Of a stretch of DNA of 64,000 nucleotides, positions 40,223 through 46,542 are shown piece after piece; position 1 is the stretch's first letter, and each line of letters opens with the position of its first letter. The translations under genes were made by a program, and so were the position numbers. Origin of the DNA: a bacterium (lineage in GTDB: Bacteria > UBA8248); NCBI GenBank assembly GCA_030922375.1, contig JAVEPB010000113.1, positions 9,824-73,823 of the forward strand. The letters are read 5' to 3'. The notes under the pieces were generated by a model that searched no databases, was not told the origin of the DNA, and worked only from the letters and a program-made list of their open reading frames with translations.

Positions 40223-40386
40223 GGGGTAGCGCTCTCCTGAGGAAGGAGAGCGCTGTTGCTCTTTCGAGGAGAAAGAGCGCTGTACATCCAGAGGAAGGAA
40301 GGTTTAGCTCGGTGAGAGAGGAGGACCGCTATACGCTGAGGACATCTGGCCCGGAAGAGCTACAGTGCTCCCTTACCGGGAGCACT
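40223..40386. repeat. Cluster of REP-like palindromes (GTAG-headed hairpins)
   Basis: GGGGTAGCGCTCTCC-TGAGGAA-GGAGAGCGCTGT (10-bp stem). GCTCTTTC-GAGGA-GAAAGAGC. AGTGCTCCC-TTACC-GGGAGCACT at 40364-40386 abuts the cyclase stop at 40385-40387. The same families recur at 45344 and 45967-46475. Confidence 0.7.
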
Positions 40387-43300
40387 ACCCCGCCTCCGCC
40401 ATCGCCGCCTCGGCCTTCTCTAGCCAAAAAGTCATCTCCATCTCGCGGTACATGTCCATCGCGGCGGTGAGCTCGGCGCGGGCCTTCTCTTCCTGCCCCG
40501 TCCTTCCGTAGAGCGCGCCGAGCCCCTTCCGGCAGTGGGCGACGAGCGGGCGCATGCCAAGCTCCTCGGCCAAGGAAAGGGCCTGCCGGTAATGCTCTTC
40601 GGCCTTTTCGGGGTCGATGGCATCGGGGTGGGAGTGGATTTCGCCGTGGAGGCGGAGAGCCCAGGCCTCGGATCCGCGCTCCGAGCGCTCGCGGGAGTGT
40701 TCGAGCGAGCGGCGGGCGCATTCGGCGGCCTCCTCCGGGCGCCCGGCCATAAGGAGGCTCTCCCCCTGCCAGCCCACGAAAAGCGAGTTAAAGTAGAAAT
40801 CGTGAGAGGATTCCGCTTCTCGAACGCTCCTCTCGTGAAGCGCCAGAGCTTCCGTGTGCCTCCCCACAAAGGAATACGCCCGACCCAGTTCCGCGCGGAC
40901 GAATACGAAGAAGACGCGCAATTCCAACCTTTCTACAAGCTCCAACATTCGCTCGAGCGTGGAGACCGCTTTCGTGAAGTCCCCCCTACAGAGGTAGGCA
41001 TAGCCCGCGCCCCATACCGAATAAGCAATACTCCCAGAGTGACCACCTGTTTCCGCGATGCGCAATCCTTCCTCTCCAATGGCCACCGCTTCCGAAAGTT
41101 GGCCGAGCTCGGCGAGGCACCAGGCGAGCCAGGTGCGGGAGAGGACGGATGGAAAAGCGAACTGGCCGAAGCGCTCGTGGAGCAGATCGCCCTGAAGACT
41201 CGCGAGGGTCTCTCTCAGGTCCTCCAACGGCGCGGGGTAGTCGCCCAGTGCCTGGAGAGTCGCCCCCAGATAGACATTCGTCGTCGCCCGGAGGCCAGGG
41301 TCTCCGATCTCAGAGGCGATGGCGGCAGCGCGCCGTCCGTATTCGAGGGCCCGCTCGTTGTCGGCCACCCTCCAGAGGTAAGACGCCATATATGCAAAGA
41401 CCCAGCCGAGCCGTTTCCGGTCATTCAGGCCCTGCGCCAGCGTTTCGGCCTCACGCAGATGGATCAGAAACCGGGAAGGCTCTTCGGTAATGAGCACTGT
41501 GGAGCGCAAATCCAGGCGGACATCGATGGCCTGCTCGATGGTCTCGCGGGTTTCGGGAAGATGCGAAAGAGCTTCCAACGCTCGCTCCAATTGCTCCGTC
41601 GCCTCTCGGAAGGCTGAACGCCCCACCGCCTTCGAGCCCGCCTGCCGAAGGTAATTGGCGGCTTTCTCCCAAACCGCACCCTCATAGGCGTGATGGGCGA
41701 GGCGCTCCACCTGCTCCTCCAAACGATCTCCGGCCAGTTCCTCGATGGCCTCGGCGATGGCGGCGTGGAGGGCGCGCTTTCTCTCCTGAACGAGGCTTCC
41801 GTACGTGACTTCATGTGTCAGGGCGTGCTTGAAAGTGAACTCGCGCTCCGGGAAAAGGTTGGTCTCGTAGAGGAATTCAGCAGACTGAAGTGAAGAAAGG
41901 CCTCGCTGTAATTCCTCATCGCTCATCACGGCGATGGCGGAAAGCAAGGATTTGGGCACATGCGTCCCGATGACGGATGCGGTCTGAAGAAGGCGCTTGT
42001 CCTCGGGCGGGAGGCGGTCAATCCGCGCGGCGAGAATGGCCTGAACGGTGGAGGGAACTTCTATTTCCGAGACTTCGCCCACCAGACGGTAGGCTCCCGG
42101 ACCGCCGGCGAGCGCCCCGCTCTCGATGAGCGTCTGTACGCTCTCTTCGAGATAAAAGGGGTTGCCCTCGGTGCGCTCGATGAGGAGCTTCTTCAAGGGC
42201 TCTAGCGCAGAGTCCTCACCAAGGATTGCGGCCAGAAGCTCATCCGCCCCCTCGGACGAAAGCGGGTCGAGCCTGAGCCTTGTGTAATACGTCTTGCTCG
42301 CCCAACCGTGCTCGTACTCGGGACGGTAGTTGACTAAAAGAAGCACCCGCGCCCCCGGCAGGCTTTCGACCATCGAATCCAAAAGCGCCTGCGTCTCGGT
42401 GTCTATCCAGTGGAGGTCCTCGAAGACCAAAACCAAAGGTTGGACCATTGCCTCCCGGAGCAGAAGTCCCTTCACGCCCTCCAACGTTCGGCGCCGCCGC
42501 TGGGGTGGCTCGAGATTGTTCCAGCCCTCATCTTCTATCGGGACTTCAAGAAGGGAGAGAACAGGAGGAATCACGGGCGTGAGCGATTCGTCGAGGGTCA
42601 ATATCTTCCCCGTGACTTTTTCGCGGATTCGCCGGTGGTCGTCGGTGTCCTCGATTGCGAAATAGGCCCTGAGCAGGTCGACCACGGGCTTGTATGCCGT
42701 CGCCTTGCCGTAGGAGACCGAGCCGCTCTCGATGACGAGCCAGTCCTTCGTCCGGGGGGAGCGGATGAACTCCCAGTAAAGCCGCGACTTGCCCACCCCC
42801 GCCTCGGCGACCGTGGCGAAAATCTGGCCGTGGCCCTCGCCCGCTCTTTCCAAGGCTTCTTCCAGATCATCGAGTTCGCTCGTGCGCCCCACAAAGCGCG
42901 AGAGCCCGCCCGCCGCCGCCGCCTGAAAGCGTGTCCGGCCCGAGGCCGCGCCTTTGAGCTCATAGACCTCTACGGCCTCGGACATCCCCTTGATGGGCAC
43001 CGGTCCGAGCGGCTCGACCTGAACGAAACCCTCACAGAAACGAAACGTCTCCGCCGTTAATCGGACGCTCCCCGAGGGGGCCATCTGCTCCATCCGGGCG
43101 GCGAGGTTCACCGTCTGCCCCACGGCGGTGTAGTCCATCTTGAGGTCTGAGCCAATGGTGCGCACCACGACCTCGCCCGAGTTCAGGCCCACCCTCACCT
43201 GCACCTCGACGCCGTGCTCCCGCCGGGCTTCCTCGGCGAAGGACTTAATCGAATTCTGGATGGCGAGGGCGGCATAGCAGGCTCTTAGCGCGTGATCCTC

Positions 43301-43762
43301 AAGAGACAAAGGCGCACCGAAGAGCGCCATGACCCCGTCCCCCATGACCTGGTTGACCGTCCCTTCGTAGCGGTGGACGGCCTCCATCATGCGGGTGAGA
43401 ACGGCATCAAGCAGGGCGCGGGCATCCTCGGGGTCTCTGTCGCCCAGAAGCTCCATCGAGCCCCGGAGGTCGGCGAAGAGGACGGTGACCTGCTTCCGCT
43501 CGCCTTCGAGGGAGGTCTTCGAGGTCAGGATGCGCTCGGCGAGGTGGCCGGGTGTGTAGCTCTCGGGGGAGGCGTAGCTCGGGAGCTCGGGGGCGGGGGC
43601 CGCGCCCGGTCGGGCGAGCCGGTGGCCGCATTCGAGGCAGAACTTGGCGCCGGGGGGGAGGTCGGTGCCGCAGCTCGCGCAGATCAGGGCCAGCGAGGTG
43701 CCGCACTCCAGGCAAAACTTCGCGTGATCGGGGTTCTCGCCGCGGCAAAGGGGACATTGCAC
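40385..43762 (-). CDS. Double zinc-ribbon / class III adenylate-guanylate cyclase / AAA(STAND)-type ATPase / TPR multidomain signalling protein
   Basis: Probable GTG start at 43762 (GGAG 8 nt upstream) gives VQCPLCRGENPDHAKFCLECG...CASCGTDLPPGAKFCLECG. CHD motifs are VTVLFADLRGS, GDGVMALFG and TVNLAARME. P-loop is VAEAGVGKSRL. A long TPR-like C-terminus ends ...MEMTFWLEKAEAAMAEAG. The maximal ORF in the track starts at TTG 43843. Confidence 0.85.
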   Translation of the reverse strand: MQCPLCRGENPDHAKFCLECGTSLALICASCGTDLPPGAKFCLECGHRLARPGAAPAPELPSYASPESYTPGHLAERILTSKTSLEGERKQVTVLFADLRGSMELLGDRDPEDARALLDAVLTRMMEAVHRYEGTVNQVMGDGVMALFGAPLSLEDHALRACYAALAIQNSIKSFAEEARREHGVEVQVRVGLNSGEVVVRTIGSDLKMDYTAVGQTVNLAARMEQMAPSGSVRLTAETFRFCEGFVQVEPLGPVPIKGMSEAVEVYELKGAASGRTRFQAAAAGGLSRFVGRTSELDDLEEALERAGEGHGQIFATVAEAGVGKSRLYWEFIRSPRTKDWLVIESGSVSYGKATAYKPVVDLLRAYFAIEDTDDHRRIREKVTGKILTLDESLTPVIPPVLSLLEVPIEDEGWNNLEPPQRRRRTLEGVKGLLLREAMVQPLVLVFEDLHWIDTETQALLDSMVESLPGARVLLLVNYRPEYEHGWASKTYYTRLRLDPLSSEGADELLAAILGEDSALEPLKKLLIERTEGNPFYLEESVQTLIESGALAGGPGAYRLVGEVSEIEVPSTVQAILAARIDRLPPEDKRLLQTASVIGTHVPKSLLSAIAVMSDEELQRGLSSLQSAEFLYETNLFPEREFTFKHALTHEVTYGSLVQERKRALHAAIAEAIEELAGDRLEEQVERLAHHAYEGAVWEKAANYLRQAGSKAVGRSAFREATEQLERALEALSHLPETRETIEQAIDVRLDLRSTVLITEEPSRFLIHLREAETLAQGLNDRKRLGWVFAYMASYLWRVADNERALEYGRRAAAIASEIGDPGLRATTNVYLGATLQALGDYPAPLEDLRETLASLQGDLLHERFGQFAFPSVLSRTWLAWCLAELGQLSEAVAIGEEGLRIAETGGHSGSIAYSVWGAGYAYLCRGDFTKAVSTLERMLELVERLELRVFFVFVRAELGRAYSFVGRHTEALALHERSVREAESSHDFYFNSLFVGWQGESLLMAGRPEEAAECARRSLEHSRERSERGSEAWALRLHGEIHSHPDAIDPEKAEEHYRQALSLAEELGMRPLVAHCRKGLGALYGRTGQEEKARAELTAAMDMYREMEMTFWLEKAEAAMAEAG

Positions 43763-43813
43763 GAAAGGGTCTCCAGAGAGCCGATTTCGCCGATATTTGC
43801 GGTGCGCAGGATA

Positions 43814-43843
43814 AGTGTATCTATTGGCGAATGGGGGGGTCAA
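43814..43843 (-). promoter_or_regulatory. Candidate sigma70-type promoter of the cyclase gene (copy A)
   Basis: The minus strand has TTGACC (43843-43838), an 18-nt spacer, then TACACT (43819-43814). Both hexamers are conserved in copy B at +1090 nt while the spacer has diverged. Confidence 0.4.
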
Positions 43844-43898
43844 TGAAGGGGAAATAGCGGGACGGGCCTGAAATTACGGGGGAAAGGGGCGAAGCGGT

Positions 43899-44684
43899 CT
43901 ACCTCGGGAGCAAGTTCCAAGCTTTCCTTAGTTCATCCGGGAGATCCGAGTCGTAGTAGCCCTGCTGCGGAAACTGGAACGGGCGGCTTTCCATCTTTAC
44001 CAAAACAGTGAACAGATGGGAGTAATCGCTCAACTCGCCGGTGATCGCGCGCTGAACGTAAACGGGCCGTTCCAGGATGGAAAGAAGTTCGGGAGGGCTT
44101 TGTCGCGTGTTGGAATACACTAGACTCGCGATGCCATAATTGTTGGTCCTTGCCAGATCGAAGACAAAAGTGGGATGGAAATTGTAGAACCCGTGGTCGT
44201 AGCAGCCTTGGTTCGGAAAAAAATGGATCATAAAGCCGCCTTTTTTTGTCTTCTCATGCACAGTTTCGAAAAACTGTGCCACGTTGAAGATGTGTTCCGC
44301 CGTTCCCAAGTTCGTGACAATGTCGAACTGCTCGGTAATGGGAACGGGATAATTCAAATCGTGTTTTTCAGACGCCGATGTGCCGTGAAAATCTACGGCA
44401 CGATAAACATCGAAATTGAAAATAGCCTTGTAAAATATTTTAGCGAGGTCGAAAAGTTTTTCTTCCGGTTCCGTCTCAAGAACGTGGGCAAGTTCATTTT
44501 CCAATTTGTTTTTTCTTTGAGGATTTTTCTCGCACAAATTGATAAAGTCTGAAATCTGTCTTGAATCTACGTCGCCGAACCAGTTCTGCTCTCCCAGCTC
44601 TAGGATGGAGTTCGTTTCGCGGACCAGTCCGCTTTCCCAGAGGGATTTCAGGCAAATCAGAATGGAATAAGTCAGTGCCATCAT
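43899..44684 (-). CDS. Hypothetical protein, class I SAM-dependent methyltransferase-like fold (orphan, AT-richer than its surroundings)
   Basis: 261 aa. MTase-like blocks are ILELGEQNWFGD (a degenerate motif I), FDIVTNLGTAEHIFN and KKGGFMIHFFP. GAGGAAA lies just upstream of ATGATG. Hand counts of two 60-nt lines gave 30% and 50% G+C, against 68% in a line of the neighbouring cyclase gene. Confidence 0.5.
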   Translation of the reverse strand: MMALTYSILICLKSLWESGLVRETNSILELGEQNWFGDVDSRQISDFINLCEKNPQRKNKLENELAHVLETEPEEKLFDLAKIFYKAIFNFDVYRAVDFHGTSASEKHDLNYPVPITEQFDIVTNLGTAEHIFNVAQFFETVHEKTKKGGFMIHFFPNQGCYDHGFYNFHPTFVFDLARTNNYGIASLVYSNTRQSPPELLSILERPVYVQRAITGELSDYSHLFTVLVKMESRPFQFPQQGYYDSDLPDELRKAWNLLPR

Positions 44685-44738
44685 TTTCCTCTGTACAAGC
44701 GCGCACTGCCGTGGATGCTCTCATTGCGCCGACTCGGC

Positions 44739-44933
44739 TCAAGGATTGTGCGCGGAGGCCATGACAGCAGGTATAGGGAGTAAAATCCTGCCGGAACCGA
44801 CGCAAAATCCCGGTTCAACGGGATTTTGGTGCTCGCAATGGCAACACTGCACGAAAGGGCCTCCAGGCAGTCGATTTCGCCGATATTTACGGTGCGTTGG
44901 ATGAGTGTATCTATTGGGAGGAAGAACGGTCAA
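44739..44933 (-). pseudogene. Remnant of a paralogous zinc-ribbon/cyclase gene: promoter, leader and first ~35 codons only
   Basis: Ungapped alignment at a constant offset of +1090 nt to 43751-43830 gives 66/80 identities by hand count. GGAGG-N7-GTG is retained. The remnant reads VQCCHCEHQNPVEPGFCVGSG versus VQCPLCRGENPDHAKFCLECG, so the second CxxC is lost, and a stop follows after about 37 codons. Confidence 0.65.
44904..44933 (-). promoter_or_regulatory. Candidate sigma70-type promoter, copy B (upstream of the remnant and the methyltransferase-like gene)
   Basis: The minus strand has TTGACC (44933-44928), an 18-nt spacer, then TACACT (44909-44904). It has the same orientation as the 43899..44684 gene and lies about 220-250 nt upstream of its start. 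Confidence 0.35.
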
Positions 44934-45020
44934 CGGCCCGGTTATTGCCTGTGTCCAGTCTTGTCACACGCCATATCAAACACATCACCACCTACCCCCT
45001 CTTCTCCCCCCCAAAAACTT

Positions 45021-45065
45021 AACAACAAAAAGCCCCCTCCATCGAGGGGGCTTTCTTTCTCTTTC
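45021..45065. terminator. Bidirectional intrinsic terminator downstream of the dodecin gene
   Basis: AGCCCCCTC-CATC-GAGGGGGCT (45031-45052) is flanked by A-rich sequence (AACAACAAAA) upstream and T-rich sequence (TTCTTTCTCTTT) downstream, so a U-tract follows the hairpin on either strand. Confidence 0.7.
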
Positions 45066-45073
45066 CCAAAAAC

Positions 45074-45277
45074 CTACTCATCCAGAATAAATGTGACCTC
45101 GATGGTGGCGCGATATTCGGATATTTTCCCGTCCACGACCTTGGCTTTCTGAGAGATGACCTCAAGGCCCGTGATCCCGTGCACGGTCTTTGAGGCGCGC
45201 TCCAGGCCTTCGGCGATGGCGCCCTTGAAGCCCTCGGGCGATGAGGCGGTGATCTTGGTGACGCGCGCGACGGTCAT
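45074..45277 (-). CDS. Dodecin-family flavin-binding protein
   Basis: The 67-aa sequence MTVARVTKITASSPEGFKGAIAEGLERASKTVHGITGLEVISQKAKVVDGKISEYRATIEVTFILDE matches the dodecin pattern (compare the Thermus and Halobacterium dodecins). Confidence 0.8.
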   Translation of the reverse strand: MTVARVTKITASSPEGFKGAIAEGLERASKTVHGITGLEVISQKAKVVDGKISEYRATIEVTFILDE

Positions 45278-45343
45278 GGCAGTCTCCTTTGAATAAGTGT
45301 GTTCAATTCAAACTTCCTGTCCAGCGGTGTTGGCAGTGCCAAT

Positions 45344-45366
45344 AGTGCTCCCTTGCCGGGAGCACT
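45344..45366. repeat. REP-like hairpin AGTGCTCCC-TTGCC-GGGAGCACT
   Basis: 9-bp perfect stem. Near-identical to the hairpins at 40364-40386 and 46168-46188. Followed by three GCACTA(C/G) motifs. Confidence 0.65.
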
Positions 45367-45407
45367 AGATGGGAGGGCACTACACAGGAAAGCACTACCC
45401 ACAACCG

Positions 45408-45911
45408 CTAATCGTCCCAAATATCCGGCCCTCTTGCGGCGGGGAGGGCGGGCTCGGAGAAGCGGATGACCTTGGGCTCGACGAGGCGCTCGAAGTCGGC
45501 GTAAGAGAGGCGGATGAGCTCGGAGTGGTTGCCGGCGTTAAAGGCGATCTCCTCGTCCTCGGCGAGGGATTCGGCGACGTAGACCTCCATGCCCCAGAGG
45601 TTGCCGAAGGGGGGCATGGCGCCGAGCTCGCACTCGGGGAATTTTTCGCCGAACTCGGCCTCGGTGGCGAGGCGGGCCTCCTCGGCGCCGGAGGCCTCGC
45701 GGAGCCGGCGGAAATCCACCTTGTAGGAGGCGGGCAGGACGGCCATGGCCATCTGGCGGTTGAGGAAGACCATGACGGTCTTGGCGACTTCCTTGCCGGG
45801 GATGTGGGCGGAGGCGGCCACCTCCTGGGCGGTCATGGCGGGGGAGTGGCGGATGAGGGTGTAGCGGACGCCCGCCTGGTCGAGGAATTCCCTGAGTCTG
45901 CGGATGGGCAT
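45408..45911 (-). CDS. YbaK/EbsC-like aminoacyl-tRNA editing (deacylase) domain protein
   Basis: 167 aa. IRHSPAMTAQEVAASAHIPGKEVAKTVMV ... GAMPPFGNLWGMEVYVAESL ... IAFNAGNHSELI is the YbaK/ProX-type pattern. Confidence 0.75.
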   Translation of the reverse strand: MPIRRLREFLDQAGVRYTLIRHSPAMTAQEVAASAHIPGKEVAKTVMVFLNRQMAMAVLPASYKVDFRRLREASGAEEARLATEAEFGEKFPECELGAMPPFGNLWGMEVYVAESLAEDEEIAFNAGNHSELIRLSYADFERLVEPKVIRFSEPALPAARGPDIWDD

Positions 45912-45966
45912 GACGATCTCCTTTGCGGGCAGTGCTTTCCCATGAGGAAAGCCCTGGAGATCGGAG

Positions 45967-46475
45967 CCGGGGGTAGCGCTCTTCCATAGAGCGCTGTCGC
46001 TCCAGGCAAGGGAGCGCTGTGCGGGGAGGGCGCTTTGTCTTGGCTATCAATATGGGAGCCCTGGGCGGATTTTGCGCGTTAAAACCGGCCCCGGGGTAGC
46101 GCTCTTTCATGAGGAGAGCGCTGTCGCTCCCAGCGGGAGCACTGTACCGGCGGAGGAATTGCGGGATAGTGCTCCCAGCGGGAGCACTGTTGGCTCCCGT
46201 TAAGGTAGTGGGCTCCCGGGAGGAGGGCAGAGAGCGCCCTGTACGGGCGGTTGCGCGGGATAGATCGAAATGGGAGGAAATGCGCGGAGTTGCGGGCTGG
46301 CTCGCGTCGGTGGAGATGGCGCCGGGGTAGCGCTCTTCCATAGAGCGCTGTCGCTCCCAGCGGGAGCACTGCTGGCTCCCGTAAAGGTAGTGGGCTCCCG
46401 GGAGGAGAGCAAGCTGTGCGGGCCGGAGGAAATGCGGGGAAACGATCGAAAATGCGGGCCGGGGCGCGGGGAATA
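45967..46475. repeat. Array of GTAG-headed palindromic repeats (REP/BIME-like), with two long degenerate tandem units
   Basis: GGGGTAGCGCTCT(T)TCCAT(G)AGAGCGCTGTCGCTCC(C)AG(C)GGGAGC(A/G)CTG occurs at 45970, 46093 and 46324. AGTGCTCCC-AGC-GGGAGCACT is at 46168. TGGCTCCCGT(T/A)AAGGTAGTGGGCTCCCGGGAGGAG is at 46190 and 46372. GGAGGAA(A/T)TGCG(G/C)GG occurs three times and GATCGAAA(A)TG twice. Confidence 0.8.
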
Positions 46476-46513
46476 TGGGTATTATCTCGGGTTATCCCCG
46501 GCCCCCTCAGGCC

Positions 46514-46542
46514 GTGAGCCATCCTTCCTCAGGATGGCTCAC
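46514..46542 (-). other. 11-bp perfect hairpin with the ftsY stop codon in its loop
   Basis: GTGAGCCATCC (46514-46524) pairs with GGATGGCTCAC (46532-46542). The loop TTCCTCA contains the TGA complement at 46529-46531. No U-tract follows on the minus strand. Confidence 0.6.

Noticed and set aside
43763-43843. N-terminal 27 codons (TTG start) of the cyclase ORF as listed in the track
   Set aside because: The TTG is the first triplet of the conserved TTGACC -35-like hexamer. A well-placed SD plus GTG at 43762 starts directly at the zinc ribbon. The stretch is better explained as promoter plus leader, though translation from TTG cannot be excluded.
45330-45342. 13-bp perfect palindrome TTGGCA-G-TGCCAA, 53 nt upstream of the dodecin start; also considered as a sigma54 -24/-12 element
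   Set aside because: It is a single occurrence. The GG-N10-GC spacing required for sigma54 is not met. It cannot be distinguished from chance without a genome-wide motif search.
45967-46475. Possible CRISPR array
   Set aside because: The repeats are palindromic modules of several different families with irregular spacing and no unique spacers of constant length. There are no cas genes in the window.
45538-46522. ORF-track entries (267 aa, 147 aa and others) spanning the repeat array
   Set aside because: Their open frames are generated by the repeats themselves. The compositions are R/P/G/A-rich, there are no RBS or motifs, and one runs antisense into the YbaK-like gene.
45912-46528. SRP (4.5S) RNA or other known ncRNA next to ftsY
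   Set aside because: I could not find the conserved SRP domain IV sequence (GGAA tetraloop with flanking AGCAGCC-like symmetric loop) or any tRNA-like T-arm motif. Only a covariance-model scan could settle this.
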